DNA from: Specibacter sp.
GTDB taxonomy: Bacteria; Actinomycetota; Actinomycetes; Actinomycetales; Micrococcaceae
Length of the DNA stretch: 64,000 nt
NCBI GenBank assembly: GCA_046714315.1
Contig: JBKKBD010000212.1
Location: 30,152 to 94,151, forward strand
Direction: 5' to 3'
Position numbers and translations under genes: made by a program
Shown: positions 45,566-56,416 of the stretch, one piece after another
Layout: each line of letters begins with the position of its first letter
Numbering within the stretch: position 1 is the first letter of the stretch
The notes under the pieces: generated by a model
What the model was told of the DNA's origin: nothing
Database searches by the model: none
The model's input: the letters and a program-made list of their open reading frames with translations, nothing else

Positions 45566-47100
45566 GTGCACCCGAAAACCGGCTTGAGTCACTGACAAGT
45601 TGGGACGCTGATTGGTCGAAACTACGTGTCGTGGTGACGGGCATCAGCAAAACGGGTTTCTCCGTTGCGGATACCCTAGCGGAGCTTGGCGCACACGTTG
45701 TGGTTGTTGCCGCTTCGGATGACGAGAAAGCCTATGCTGACGCAGACACGCTCAGGATTGTTGGCGTCAAGGACGTCATCCTTGGCGTGGACACCTCCAC
45801 TTTGCTTCCGCTCGTTGAGGGGTTGCCTGCCGAATTGGTCGTCACCAGCCCGGGGTTCAAGCCCAGCCACCCATTGCTGGCCTCGGCCGCAGAAGCAGGC
45901 ATTCCCATCTGGGGAGATGTGGAATTGGCATGGCGTGTGCGCACCAAGGCTGGCCGGAAGACTGCCGAATGGATCACCATCACCGGCACCAACGGCAAAA
46001 CCACAACCACCACCATGGTTGAATCAATGCTGCAAGCGGCCGGGTTGCGTGCCATCGCGGCCGGCAACATTGGCACCCCCATCCTGGATGCTGTCCGGGA
46101 CCCTGAAGGTTACGACGCCCTTGCCGTTGAGCTCTCAACGTTCCAACTGCATTGGAGCGAATCTTTGGCGCCGGTCTCCAGTGTCTGCCTGAACCTGGCC
46201 GAAGATCACGTTGACTGGCATGGCAGCTTTGAAGCTTATGCGGCGGACAAGGCCAAGATCTACGCGAACACGAAGATTGCCTGCGTCTACAACGCCGAGC
46301 AGATCGAAACCGAACGCATGGTCCAGGAAGCCGACGTCCAGGAAGGCTGCAGGGCCGTTGGCTTCACCACCGGGATTCCATCGATCAGCATGGTCGGCGT
46401 GGTGGAAGGTCTTCTCGTAGACCGGGCCTTCATTGCAGAACGCAAGGACTCCGCGGCTGAATTGGCCAGCATGAGCGACATTGGTGATCTGGTTCCCAGA
46501 CACTTGGTGGCCAATGCGGCGGCGGCCTCTGCACTGGTGCTCGCCTATGGCCTGACGCCGAAGGATGTGCGCAAGGGCCTGCAGAACTATCACAACGGTG
46601 AGCACCGGATTCAGCCGGTGGCGCGTTCGGGCGGTGTGCTGTGGGTCAACGATTCCAAGGCAACGAACCCGCACGCAGCCTCAGCCTCGCTGTCGGCCTT
46701 TAAGCCCGTGATTTGGATTGCCGGCGGATTGCCCAAGGGCGTGGACTTTGACGCTTTGGTCAAGGAGCATGCGGCACGGCTGAAGGCAGTGGTGCTGATT
46801 GGGGCCGACAGCTCCGCTCTTGCCGGTTCCCTTGAACGTCATGCCCCGGGAGTCCAAGTCATCACGACCCGAGCCGAAGGTGGTCGGCACACGAGCGCCG
46901 ATACCTTGCGCGGGGATGCAGTTATGGCCGAGGCCGTCGCCGTGGCGGCGTCACTGGCAGCCGACGGCGACACCGTCCTCATGGCTCCGGCGTCGGCCTC
47001 AATGGATCAATTTTCTTCCTACGCCCACCGAGGCCAAGCGTTCATCGACGCGGTCCGTGAGCTGCTGGAATCACAGGCAAGCGCCGACAAGGAGTCCTAG
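45562..47100 (+). CDS. murD: UDP-MurNAc-L-Ala-D-Glu ligase
   Basis: ITGTNGKTT, ELSTFQL, DHVDWH, NDSKATN; GTGA overlap with the mraY stop. Confidence 0.95.
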   Translation: MSAPENRLESLTSWDADWSKLRVVVTGISKTGFSVADTLAELGAHVVVVAASDDEKAYADADTLRIVGVKDVILGVDTSTLLPLVEGLPAELVVTSPGFKPSHPLLASAAEAGIPIWGDVELAWRVRTKAGRKTAEWITITGTNGKTTTTTMVESMLQAAGLRAIAAGNIGTPILDAVRDPEGYDALAVELSTFQLHWSESLAPVSSVCLNLAEDHVDWHGSFEAYAADKAKIYANTKIACVYNAEQIETERMVQEADVQEGCRAVGFTTGIPSISMVGVVEGLLVDRAFIAERKDSAAELASMSDIGDLVPRHLVANAAAASALVLAYGLTPKDVRKGLQNYHNGEHRIQPVARSGGVLWVNDSKATNPHAASASLSAFKPVIWIAGGLPKGVDFDALVKEHAARLKAVVLIGADSSALAGSLERHAPGVQVITTRAEGGRHTSADTLRGDAVMAEAVAVAASLAADGDTVLMAPASASMDQFSSYAHRGQAFIDAVRELLESQASADKES

Positions 47101-48380
47101 TGGCCAAGACCCCCACACAGCCAGGATCATCCGCCGCACGAGCAGCGCAGGCCAAGGCTGCTGCGGGTTCGGTCGGCTCAAAAGGTTCCAAATCCAGTAC
47201 GGCTGCGACCTCGGCAGACGACGGAATGCCGCGTCCACTCAAGCGATTCAGGAACTGGTTCAACCGCAAGGTGGGGCGCCCCACAGCCACCTACTACTGG
47301 ATTATTGGCACCACCGTGACGTTGACGCTGATCGGCCGCATGACGGTGCTTTCAGCGTCGACCGCTGAGACGATTTCCGAGGGCAAGGACCCGTACGATC
47401 TCTTTATTCGTGAGTCCCAGTTCGCGGTTGGGGGTCTCATCCTCATGTTCGCGCTTTCGTGCGTGCCGCCAAGGCTGCTTCGAAAGTTGGGCTGGCCGCT
47501 GCTGGGACTGGCCCTGGTCCTCCTGGTCCTGATCTTTACGCCACTGGGCGTCGACATCAACGGAAACCTGAACTGGCTGGCCTTGGGTCCAGTGACCTTC
47601 CAGCCATCCGAAGCGGCGAAGCTGGCGCTGGCCATCTGGGTCGGTTCCGTGCTGGCACTAAAGGGCACCCTGGTACGGCAGTTCCTCCACGTGCTGCTGC
47701 CGGTCGGTGTCGGTGGCGCTGCCGTCCTTGGCTTGATCCTTGGCGGCAAGGATCTGGGAACGGCCGTGATCGTTGGCATGATGATCCTTTCCGGACTCAT
47801 GTTCGCCGGCGTGCGGAAATGGTTACTTGGCTTGGCCCTGGCGGCTGCCGCCGTCGTCGCCATTGGATTCTCGGTCATGAGTTCCAACCGAACCGGACGC
47901 TTTGCCAGCTGGCTGGGCGACTGCAGCGAACCGGGCGCATGTGACCAGTACCTAAACGGCGTTTATGCCCTGGCCTCCGGCGGCTGGTTCGGCGTGGGTC
48001 TTGGCCAAAGTCGGCAAAAGTGGAGCTGGATCCCGGAAGCCCACAACGACTTCATCTTTGCCATTATTGGCGAGGAATTTGGACTCTTGGGCACACTCGT
48101 GATCCTTGGGTTGTACGTGGTGATGGCGTTTGCGATTTTCCGCATCATCAATACCCGCAACGAACCTTTTTCCCGGATCGTGTGCGGCATGATCTTGACT
48201 TGGATCATTGGTCAGGCCGTGGTCAATATTGCGGTAGTTGTTGGGCTGCTGCCTGTAATTGGTGTCCCGCTGCCCTTGATTTCTTATGGCGGTACCGCGC
48301 TCGTCATGGTTCTTGCAGCCATCGGCGTTGTCCTGTCATTTTCCCGCACTGAGCCAGAAAGCACCCTGAAGACTTCATGA
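47100..48380 (+). CDS. ftsW: SEDS peptidoglycan glycosyltransferase FtsW
   Basis: [42 protein letters not shown]. Confidence 0.94.
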   Translation: MAKTPTQPGSSAARAAQAKAAAGSVGSKGSKSSTAATSADDGMPRPLKRFRNWFNRKVGRPTATYYWIIGTTVTLTLIGRMTVLSASTAETISEGKDPYDLFIRESQFAVGGLILMFALSCVPPRLLRKLGWPLLGLALVLLVLIFTPLGVDINGNLNWLALGPVTFQPSEAAKLALAIWVGSVLALKGTLVRQFLHVLLPVGVGGAAVLGLILGGKDLGTAVIVGMMILSGLMFAGVRKWLLGLALAAAAVVAIGFSVMSSNRTGRFASWLGDCSEPGACDQYLNGVYALASGGWFGVGLGQSRQKWSWIPEAHNDFIFAIIGEEFGLLGTLVILGLYVVMAFAIFRIINTRNEPFSRIVCGMILTWIIGQAVVNIAVVVGLLPVIGVPLPLISYGGTALVMVLAAIGVVLSFSRTEPESTLKTS

Positions 48381-49486
48381 CACAGAATTCAAACACGCCG
48401 CTGTCTGTGGTGCTGGCCGGGGGTGGCTCTGCCGGTCACGTCAGCCCCTTGCTGGCAATCGCCCATGCGATCAAGGCCACCGTGCCTGACGCTGCGATCC
48501 TGGCCGTCGGCACCCGCGAGGGACTGGAGGCACGGCTCGTCCCGGCGGCCGGCTTTGAGCTGGCCTTCATTGAACGCATCCCGCTTCCCCGCAAGCCCTC
48601 GGTTGATCTCCTAAAGCTCCCCCTGCGCATGATCCGGGCCGTAGCTACGGCCAAGACCCTCCTGCAAGATGCCAAGGCCGATGTTCTCGTCGGTGTCGGT
48701 GGCTACGTATGCACGCCGATGTACCTGGCCGCCAAGTCCCTGGGCGTACCCATTGTCATTCATGAAGCGAACACCAAGGCCGGGCTCGCCAACAAGGTTG
48801 GAGCCAGATACACGAGCTTTGTTGGCACGGCGTTTGAGGCCACCAAGATCCGCCACGCCCATCTCGTGGGCATGCCCATGCGCAAGGCCGTCGCCACGCT
48901 GGATCGTGCCGCCGAACGTGCCGCTGCCCGTGAACGGCTGGGACTCGAAGCCGGGCTTCCTACCCTGATTGTCACCGGCGGTTCCCTTGGCGCGCTGCGC
49001 ATCAACAATGCCGTGGCCGCCTCGCTGGAGGCCCTGGCTGCGGCCGGAATTCAGACCCTCCACATCACAGGCAAGGGCAAGTCAGTCGAGGGGTCCGACG
49101 GCGGGCTCCTCACCGCGCCGCTGTACCGCCAGGTTGAGTACGTTGACCGTATGGAAGATGTTTATGCGGCAGCGGACCTCCTGCTGTGCCGTTCGGGTGC
49201 CGGTACGGTTTCCGAGGTCGCGGCCGTGGGCCTACCTGCCGTCTTCGTGCCGTTGCCCGTGGGTAACGGTGAGCAAGCCCGCAATGCCGCCGAGCTCGTT
49301 GCCGCAGAAGCCGCATTGCTGGTAGCTGATGCTGCCTTGACCGCACAGTGGATTATCGACACCGTGATTCCCTTGTGTCTGGATGAGCCGCTACTGACCC
49401 GCATGGGTGAGTCCGCTGCCCGGCTTGGCATTCGCGATGCCGCCGAAAGCATGGCCGGCATGGTTCTTGCATCCAGCGGGAAGTGA
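48377..49486 (+). CDS. murG: Lipid II GlcNAc transferase
   Basis: GGGSAGH, GVGGY, HEAN, GGSLGA, RSGAGT, GEQARNA. Confidence 0.96.
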   Translation: MTQNSNTPLSVVLAGGGSAGHVSPLLAIAHAIKATVPDAAILAVGTREGLEARLVPAAGFELAFIERIPLPRKPSVDLLKLPLRMIRAVATAKTLLQDAKADVLVGVGGYVCTPMYLAAKSLGVPIVIHEANTKAGLANKVGARYTSFVGTAFEATKIRHAHLVGMPMRKAVATLDRAAERAAARERLGLEAGLPTLIVTGGSLGALRINNAVAASLEALAAAGIQTLHITGKGKSVEGSDGGLLTAPLYRQVEYVDRMEDVYAAADLLLCRSGAGTVSEVAAVGLPAVFVPLPVGNGEQARNAAELVAAEAALLVADAALTAQWIIDTVIPLCLDEPLLTRMGESAARLGIRDAAESMAGMVLASSGK

Positions 49487-50979
49487 CTGCCATGACAGAA
49501 AAATCTACTACTGAGGAAATAACAGCCGTGGCCTATATTCCACCGACGCTCTCCGAACTTGGCCGTGTCCACTTCATCGGCATGGGCGGGGCCGGCATGT
49601 CAGCAATTGCCCGCATCATGCTGGGGCAGGGGTTGACCGTCAGCGGATCGGACGAGAAGAATTCGACCGGACTGTCCGAGTTGGCTGAACTTGGTGCCAC
49701 GGTGCACATTGGGCAGAGCGCGGAGAACGTTAGCGGTGTTGACACCGTTGTAGTCTCAACCGCCATTAGGGAAAGCAACCCGGAGCTGGGGGCTGCCCGT
49801 GCCGCCGGCGTTCGCGTGTTGCACCGGTCGCAGGCACTGGCGGCCGCCATGGCCGAGGACACCGTTGTTGCTGTTGCGGGGACGCATGGCAAGACCACCA
49901 CCACGTCCATGATTACCGTGATGCTCAAGGGTGCAGATGTCGATGCTTCCTTTGCCGTTGGCGGAACTGTTCAGGGCCTTGGCGTCAATGCCGGACACGG
50001 TGATGCGGGCGTCTTCGTCGCTGAAGCTGATGAGTCGGATGCCTCCTTCCTGAACTACCGGCCGAACATTGCCGTGGTCACCAACCTTGAGGCCGACCAC
50101 CTTGACCACTATGGAACGGCCGAGGCCGTCTATTCCGCCTTTGAAAAGTTTGCTGCTCTGCTTCCGGCCGATGGCACGCTTGTGGCCTGCGCCGACGACG
50201 CCGGTTCGGCCGCCTTGGCTGCCAAGGTAGCAACTACCGGTACCCGCTGCCTCAGCTATGGTTTCTCGGAGGGCGCCGACATCCGATTGGTGCCCGCCAC
50301 CCAGAACGGGCTGCACAGCACTGCCATCCTAGAGTTCCGCGAGGGGCTGCTGCCCAGTTTGCAGGAAACACCGCTCACTTTGCGCCTGCAGGTGCCCGGA
50401 AACCATAACCTCAGCAACGCTGCAGCGGCCGTAGCGGTTGCCTTGGCACTCGGGGTTGACATGGACAAAGCACTGGCGGCCCTGGCCAACTTCAGTGGTG
50501 CAGCCAGAAGATTCGAGGCCAAGGGGGAGGGGCGCGGCGTCAGGGTCTATGACGATTACGCTCATCACCCCACGGAAGTGACAGCCGCACTCAAGGCCGC
50601 TAGGACCGTTGCCGGAGAGCACAAGGTCCACGTCTTGTTCCAGCCGCACTTGTTCTCCCGAACCTTGGAATTTGCTTCCGAATTCGCGCAGGCCCTGGAC
50701 CTTGCCGACACCGTGGCCGTGCTGGACATTTACCCCGCCCGTGAAGACCCCGTACCCGGGGTCACGAGCGAGCTCATCACACGCGAGTTGCGCCAGCCCG
50801 CCGGCTACGCACCCGACAGTACGGCGGCGGTGCAGAAGTTGGTAGATGGCGCCACTGCCGGCGATATCATCTTGACCGTCGGTGCCGGTGACGTCACGGA
50901 ATTTGGACCGGAACTCGTTGCCGCGCTGAACAAGAACAGTGTTGACGAAGGCAGTGTCGACGAAGGTAGCGATGGCTGA
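49483..50979 (+). CDS. murC: UDP-MurNAc-L-Ala ligase
   Basis: [42 protein letters not shown]. Start may be ATG 49492. Confidence 0.96.
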   Translation: MTAMTEKSTTEEITAVAYIPPTLSELGRVHFIGMGGAGMSAIARIMLGQGLTVSGSDEKNSTGLSELAELGATVHIGQSAENVSGVDTVVVSTAIRESNPELGAARAAGVRVLHRSQALAAAMAEDTVVAVAGTHGKTTTTSMITVMLKGADVDASFAVGGTVQGLGVNAGHGDAGVFVAEADESDASFLNYRPNIAVVTNLEADHLDHYGTAEAVYSAFEKFAALLPADGTLVACADDAGSAALAAKVATTGTRCLSYGFSEGADIRLVPATQNGLHSTAILEFREGLLPSLQETPLTLRLQVPGNHNLSNAAAAVAVALALGVDMDKALAALANFSGAARRFEAKGEGRGVRVYDDYAHHPTEVTAALKAARTVAGEHKVHVLFQPHLFSRTLEFASEFAQALDLADTVAVLDIYPAREDPVPGVTSELITRELRQPAGYAPDSTAAVQKLVDGATAGDIILTVGAGDVTEFGPELVAALNKNSVDEGSVDEGSDG

Positions 50980-52084
50980 GCCGCGCAAGCCCCGAGTTAT
51001 TAGGACGCGGCTGGGCCCGGTACCACCGACCGCTGAAGCCACGGACGAAACGGAAAACACGGCTGTCCGCCGCACGAGTTCCAAGGTATCCGTGGTCCCG
51101 CTGATGGAGGCTACTGGTGAAAAGCCTGCCGCCCGGAAGTTTTCCGTGCCACGGGCCGGGGCCTCGCGGCCCAAGGCCAAGCCGGCACGGGTCCAAAAAG
51201 ACCAGCCGTCTCAAAAAACCGTGCCAGCTCAAAAAGCCGTGCCGGATCAAAAAGCAGCGCAGGTACAAAAAGCCGTGCCGGATCAAAAAGGCGAGCCTAT
51301 GAAGAAAGGCGAGCCGGGAAAGGCTGACACGGAGGGGGGCGCAAAGGTACTGGCCTTTCCTGTCCCTGAATACAAGCGCCGGCGACGCATCGTCATGTTT
51401 GCGGTGGGGGGCGTTGGAGTCGTCCTGGCGCTCATCATGGCCATGGCCATGTTTTCTCCCGTTTTGGGTGTCAAGACGGTGGTATTCGACGGCCAGAAGC
51501 TCGTTGGCGACGGGACCCTGCAACTAGCGGTGGCACCACTCGTGAACAAGCCCTTGCCACAGGTCACGGACTCTGAGGTTCAGGAACTTCTTGACTCCGT
51601 GGTCCAGGTCAAGAGCTCCAGTATCGAGGCCAGGCCTCCGTCAACCCTGCTGGTGCACATTGTGGAACGGGTTCCCGTGGCACTGCTTAAGAATGGCGAG
51701 AACTACCTGATGGTGGATCAGGACGGAGTCCAGCTCGGTTCCACCAAGGATCCGGCGAAGGCGTCGTTGCCGTTGATCGACGGCGGCACGGCAGCGATTG
51801 GCCAGGACACGTTCCAGGCCATGACGGCTGTCCTGGCAAATTTGCCACAGGGCATTCTCTCGCAGCTTGCCAATGCAACGGCGAAGTCCCCGGACGCAGT
51901 GGAGTTAGCCCTTGCCGACGGCAGAAGCGTGGTGTGGGGCAATGCCAGTGACATGGAACTGAAGGCTCAAGTTCTCGAGGCTTTGCTCAACGCACCGCCG
52001 CCTACGGCGGCTGCGGGAAAGCCCGATCCTGCCCCGGCCAAAGTCTTCGACGTCAGCGCTCCACGTCATCCGGTGACGCGGTGA
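50972..52084 (+). CDS. ftsQ: Cell division protein FtsQ/DivIB
   Basis: Long disordered N-terminus, TM, POTRA (FSPVLGVKTV...ERVPVA), VWG..SD, DVSAPRHPVT. Confidence 0.9.
   Translation: MAEPRKPRVIRTRLGPVPPTAEATDETENTAVRRTSSKVSVVPLMEATGEKPAARKFSVPRAGASRPKAKPARVQKDQPSQKTVPAQKAVPDQKAAQVQKAVPDQKGEPMKKGEPGKADTEGGAKVLAFPVPEYKRRRRIVMFAVGGVGVVLALIMAMAMFSPVLGVKTVVFDGQKLVGDGTLQLAVAPLVNKPLPQVTDSEVQELLDSVVQVKSSSIEARPPSTLLVHIVERVPVALLKNGENYLMVDQDGVQLGSTKDPAKASLPLIDGGTAAIGQDTFQAMTAVLANLPQGILSQLANATAKSPDAVELALADGRSVVWGNASDMELKAQVLEALLNAPPPTAAAGKPDPAPAKVFDVSAPRHPVTR
51194..51301 (+). repeat. 18-bp tandem repeat x6 in ftsQ (QKxxPx units)
   Basis: Units begin CAAAAA at 51194, 51212, 51230, 51248, 51266, 51284; units 3 and 5 are identical. 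Confidence 0.88.
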
Positions 52085-52246
52085 ACTGGAATCGGCAGGG
52101 ACTAGGCCATGATGGAGTGGGATGCGGCACTAACCTCGGTAGCCGTGACGTCTTTTTTGGCGGATTACGGCGACACGCGGCAGTGGTCATTGCATGCGGC
52201 GTGGATGCATCATAGCGTCACACATAAGAGTTAGTTGACATAACTA

Positions 52247-52267
52247 TAACCTTCAAGTTGAGGGTTA
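52247..52267. promoter_or_regulatory. Inverted repeat upstream of ftsZ, putative FtsR site
   Basis: TAACCTTCAA-G-TTGAGGGTTA (9/10 symmetric), just downstream of TTGACA (52235-52240). Confidence 0.65.
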
Positions 52268-52403
52268 AGCTAATAAAGTTTCAAGCAACACTTCAAGGTT
52301 GCCCCGGAGATCGACGCCGACACCTTGTTGTAGGGGCCGGAGCCTTTGGCGGCAGCAAAATTTTTTGATCTTCGAAGCAACATACGAACAAGGGACACCT
52401 AAC

Positions 52404-53573
52404 GTGGCAGCACCCCAGAATTACTTGGCAGTCATCAAAGTCGTCGGTATCGGCGGTGGCGGCGTAAATGCAGTGAACCGCATGATTGACGTGGGTTTGC
52501 GCGGCGTGGAATTTATCGCCATCAACACCGACGCACAAGCACTGTTGATGAGCGATGCCGACGTCAAGCTTGACGTCGGCCGCGAGCTGACACGCGGTCT
52601 CGGAGCAGGCGCCAACCCGGACGTTGGACGCCAGGCGGCGGAAGATCATCAGGAAGAGATCGAAGAAGTCCTGCGCGGAGCTGACATGGTCTTCGTTACG
52701 GCGGGCGAGGGTGGTGGCACCGGAACCGGTGGCGCACCCGTTGTTGCCCGTATCGCCCGGACCTTGGGTGCCTTGACCATTGGTGTTGTTACACGACCGT
52801 TCACTTTTGAAGGCCGTCGCCGCGCATCCAGCGCCGACGCAGGCATCGAAGCGCTCCGTGACGAGGTCGATACCCTTATCGTCATCCCGAACGACCGACT
52901 CCTGTCCATCAGTGACCGCAATGTCTCCGTCATGGATGCTTTCCGCTCCGCAGACCAGGTCCTGCTCTCGGGTGTCCAGGGCATCACCGACCTCATTACC
53001 ACCCCGGGCTTGATCAACCTTGACTTCGCGGACGTCAAATCGGTCATGCAGGGCGCCGGCTCGGCTCTCATGGGTATTGGCTCGGCTCGCGGCGAAGACC
53101 GTGCGGTCAAGGCCGCCGAACTAGCTATCGCCTCACCGCTGCTTGAAGCCTCCATTGATGGCGCACACGGAGTTCTGCTGTCCGTGCAGGGTGGTTCGGA
53201 CCTTGGGCTCTTCGAAATCAACGAGGCCGCCCGCCTCGTGCAGGAAGTAGCCCACCCCGAAGCCAACATCATCTTTGGTGCTGTCATTGATGACGCGCTT
53301 GGCGATGAAGTCCGTGTCACCGTTATTGCTGCAGGCTTTGATGATCCTGAAAATCCGTCCGAAAACCTGGAACCGGCAGTGGCCGTGGCCCCTCCGGTAC
53401 CGGCGGCGGTTCCCGCCAGCGCCACTGTCACGAACCTCAACCAGTGGGGCCAGCACTCCGGTAGCAACGTTCCGGCAGACGGTGGCTTTGACGTTGAGCT
53501 GCCCGCCATCGTTGAACCGGACCTGAGTGGTCACCGTTCCGATGATCTCGATGTCCCCGACTTCCTGAAGTAG
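52404..53573 (+). CDS. ftsZ: Cell division protein FtsZ
   Basis: [36 protein letters not shown]-terminal [10 protein letters not shown]. Confidence 0.98.
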   Translation: MAAPQNYLAVIKVVGIGGGGVNAVNRMIDVGLRGVEFIAINTDAQALLMSDADVKLDVGRELTRGLGAGANPDVGRQAAEDHQEEIEEVLRGADMVFVTAGEGGGTGTGGAPVVARIARTLGALTIGVVTRPFTFEGRRRASSADAGIEALRDEVDTLIVIPNDRLLSISDRNVSVMDAFRSADQVLLSGVQGITDLITTPGLINLDFADVKSVMQGAGSALMGIGSARGEDRAVKAAELAIASPLLEASIDGAHGVLLSVQGGSDLGLFEINEAARLVQEVAHPEANIIFGAVIDDALGDEVRVTVIAAGFDDPENPSENLEPAVAVAPPVPAAVPASATVTNLNQWGQHSGSNVPADGGFDVELPAIVEPDLSGHRSDDLDVPDFLK

Positions 53574-53664
53574 GCAAGTCGTCCTGGGGTAGACAGGGCG
53601 TCCTGAAGTATGTTCCTTAGTCACCGTTAGTTGCCGGTGGCGCCAGATTGGTCAGGTTGTTTGC

Positions 53665-54474
53665 ATGTGGTTTTCAGAACAGGTTCGTCCCGGAATATGG
53701 GTGGGCTTTACCGACACCACGGCAGGCAACCTGGCCTTTCATGTTGGTGACGCTGCCCAGGAAGTAGCCGGTCGCAGGGCTGATGTGGAAGCGCAGCTGG
53801 CCCGCCAGTCACTATCAGTGGCGGCACCTACGCCGCTACTCGCCTACATGAACCAGGTTCATGGTGCAGATGTGGCGGTGATTGCCGCAGGCGAAGCTGC
53901 CGCCACGGGGGCGTCCGCGCCCACGGTCGACGCCATGGTCATGCGTCCTGACGGCGAACCAACCGGGCTGGCCGTCATGGTGGCCGATTGCGTCCCCGTA
54001 GTCCTGGTAGGAGAGACCCCTTCCGGTAGCGCCGTTATTGGTGTAGCCCACGCCGGGCGGCCCGGCGTGGAGAAGGACGTCATCGGCGCTGTTGTCGCCC
54101 AGATGCGTCGGTTAGGGGCAGTCACCCTTGAGGCGTGGCTGGGACCGAGCGTGTGCGGCAAATGCTATGAAGTTCCCGAAGCCATGCGGGCAGCAGTGGC
54201 AGCAGTCGCACCGGCATCCCACTCAACCACCACATGGGGGACGCCCGCGTTGGACCTTCCAGCGGCGGTCATTGAACAGCTAACCGCCAACGGCGCCACA
54301 GCGCACGCCTCAGGAGTTTGCACCCTCGAGGATTCGCGTTACTTCTCCCACCGCCGTTCCCAGCGCGACGGGGAAGTGGAAGGCCGCTTCATAGGCTTCG
54401 CCGCTGCCCTGTCTGGCACTGATTTGTCTGGCACTAACAAGGTGCAATCGAACGAAAGTAATCCCACGCAATGA
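53665..54474 (+). CDS. pgeF: PgeF/YfiH polyphenol-oxidase-like protein
   Basis: NQVHG, VADCVPV, AHAGRPG, GPSVCGKCYEV, FSHRR. Confidence 0.92.
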   Translation: MWFSEQVRPGIWVGFTDTTAGNLAFHVGDAAQEVAGRRADVEAQLARQSLSVAAPTPLLAYMNQVHGADVAVIAAGEAAATGASAPTVDAMVMRPDGEPTGLAVMVADCVPVVLVGETPSGSAVIGVAHAGRPGVEKDVIGAVVAQMRRLGAVTLEAWLGPSVCGKCYEVPEAMRAAVAAVAPASHSTTTWGTPALDLPAAVIEQLTANGATAHASGVCTLEDSRYFSHRRSQRDGEVEGRFIGFAAALSGTDLSGTNKVQSNESNPTQ

Positions 54475-55214
54475 CTCTGCACGATGACCGTACCGCAGTT
54501 CTCGCCGATCGTCTCGCGGTGGTCCGTCACCGCATCGAGGTGGCCGCCGGCAGCAAGGCCGGGCCCACCCTCATTGTGGTGACAAAATTTCATCCCGCTG
54601 CCGATGTCCTGCGTCTGCGTTCCTTGGGTATTGCCGACGTTGGCGAAAACCGTGACCAAGAGGCGGCAGCCAAGGCGCTTGAGGTGGCGGACCCGGAACT
54701 GCGATGGCACTTCATTGGCCAGCTGCAGACCAACAAGGCCAAGTCTGTTGCCGCCTACGCACAATCGGTCCATTCCATTGACAGGGCCTCGCTCGTAAGA
54801 GCATTGGGTAAGGCAATGGCGATCCAGCAGCAAAGCAACGGCCGGGCCAACCTTGAATGTTTCATTCAGCTCGACCTCAGCGAGGCGTACCCCGGACTGG
54901 CCGACGCCGAGGTTGCCAACCACAGCGGAAGGGGAGGGGTCGCGCCGTCGGACATTACTGCGTTGGCAGACCTGATTGCCGGCACAGCGGGGTTGGATCT
55001 GGCCGGGGTAATGGCCGTCGCCCCTCTAGGGGTAAAACCCGAACCAGCCTTTGCCCTACTGGCGGAGACATCCTCGGCGCTGATCGCCAACCACCCCCGT
55101 GCCACCGGAATCTCGGCTGGCATGAGTCACGACCTGGAAGCAGCCATGGCCGTGGGTGCGACACACCTGCGTGTCGGTTCCGATATACTCGGCCCCCGTC
55201 CGCCTTTACTGTAG
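54471..55214 (+). CDS. yggS: PLP homeostasis protein YggS
   Basis: VVTKFHP, GENRDQE, WHFIGQLQTNK, SAGMSHD, RVGSDI. Confidence 0.94.
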   Translation: MTLHDDRTAVLADRLAVVRHRIEVAAGSKAGPTLIVVTKFHPAADVLRLRSLGIADVGENRDQEAAAKALEVADPELRWHFIGQLQTNKAKSVAAYAQSVHSIDRASLVRALGKAMAIQQQSNGRANLECFIQLDLSEAYPGLADAEVANHSGRGGVAPSDITALADLIAGTAGLDLAGVMAVAPLGVKPEPAFALLAETSSALIANHPRATGISAGMSHDLEAAMAVGATHLRVGSDILGPRPPLL

Positions 55215-55300
55215 CGTTTTGAGTGTTGGCAACAACGCTGAAGTACCGCACAAGCTACCGGTGACGTGATTTGTGCTTTGCAGACTAAAGAGGAGCAACC

Positions 55301-55837
55301 ATGGCTGGCGCTATGCGCAAGACAATGATCTTTCTTGGACTCGCCGACGGTGACGAGCACTATGACGCTGAGCATGCTCCGTCATTCCAAAAAGACGAAG
55401 ATTACGTCCAAACCATCGAGCGTGAAGCGCGTGAAACGGCCCCAACGCCTGCTCCCGTCGTGGAATCCGCCGCGCCAAAGGCCGGCGATGACGAATACCG
55501 GGCTCCAGTGACCCCCATCAAGCGTGCCGCATCAACTCGGGAAGAGGCAGAAAGTTTGCGCCAGATTACCACCGTCCACCCGCGGTCATACAATGACGCA
55601 AAAATCATTGGTGAAAGTTTCCGGGATGGTATTCCGGTCATCATGAACGTCACCGACATGGGTGAGGCCGACGCCAAGCGCTTGGTCGACTTCTCAGCCG
55701 GATTGGTGTTTGGCCTGCGCGGCTCCATCGAGCGCGTAACAAACAAGGTGTTCCTGCTCTCTCCGTCATACATCGAAGTCCTCGGTGACGACAAGAAGAT
55801 ATCAGACACGCAGGCAACTTTCTTCAACCAGAGCTAG
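55301..55837 (+). CDS. sepF: Cell division protein SepF
   Basis: [35 protein letters not shown]. Confidence 0.95.
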   Translation: MAGAMRKTMIFLGLADGDEHYDAEHAPSFQKDEDYVQTIEREARETAPTPAPVVESAAPKAGDDEYRAPVTPIKRAASTREEAESLRQITTVHPRSYNDAKIIGESFRDGIPVIMNVTDMGEADAKRLVDFSAGLVFGLRGSIERVTNKVFLLSPSYIEVLGDDKKISDTQATFFNQS

Positions 55838-55981
55838 CCGTGCGGGCCGGTTCGGTCCGCACCAAGTTCTTGCGCCAGCGATGTTTCTCCTTTGCCCGGA
55901 CACGGTGTGTCCGGGCTTTGGTCTATTCTGGACACAGCATTTCGTTTGAATTTCGGCCACCTAGGGATTGTGTGCACTCGC

Positions 55982-56272
55982 GTGACAATTGTCTTTGCTC
56001 TTCTCTACCTGTTGTTACTCCTGTACTTCCTCACACTTCTGCTGCGCATGGTGTTTGACTGGGTACAGGTCTTCGCTCGCGACTGGCGTCCCAAGGGCGC
56101 AGCCTTGATTGGCGCATCAGTTGTTTACCGACTCACCGACCCGCCGCTGCGTAAGTTGCGAGCCATGATTCCACCACTGCGGATTGGGTCCATGGCACTT
56201 GATATTGGCTTCATTTTGTTGCTCGTCACCGTGGGTATTGGGATGAGTGTCACAAAAAGTTTTGTGAATTAG
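55982..56272 (+). CDS. YggT/YlmG membrane protein
   Basis: LTDPPLRKLRAMIPPLRIG..LD; start placed at GTG 55982. Confidence 0.88.
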   Translation: MTIVFALLYLLLLLYFLTLLLRMVFDWVQVFARDWRPKGAALIGASVVYRLTDPPLRKLRAMIPPLRIGSMALDIGFILLLVTVGIGMSVTKSFVN

Positions 56273-56416
56273 AGCCGCGTCGTTAGTTTTCATCGAGGAA
56301 AAGTTATATTGTAAAAAGCGATAGACCCCAGTGCAGGTCGTTAGATTTGTATTCGGTACCGTAGTCTGGACGGCTTCGGTCAGTACCAGATTCACTAAAA
56401 CCAATGAGGTGACTAA

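Noticed and set aside
50938-50967. 15-bp duplication at the murC C-terminus (SVDEG x2) and a similar short one at the pgeF end
   Set aside because: Simple slippage in non-conserved tails with no functional signal.
52172-52398. GACAC (WhiA-type) pentamers upstream of ftsZ at 52172, 52319 and 52394
   Set aside because: Biologically plausible, but a 5-mer is too frequent by chance to support from sequence alone.
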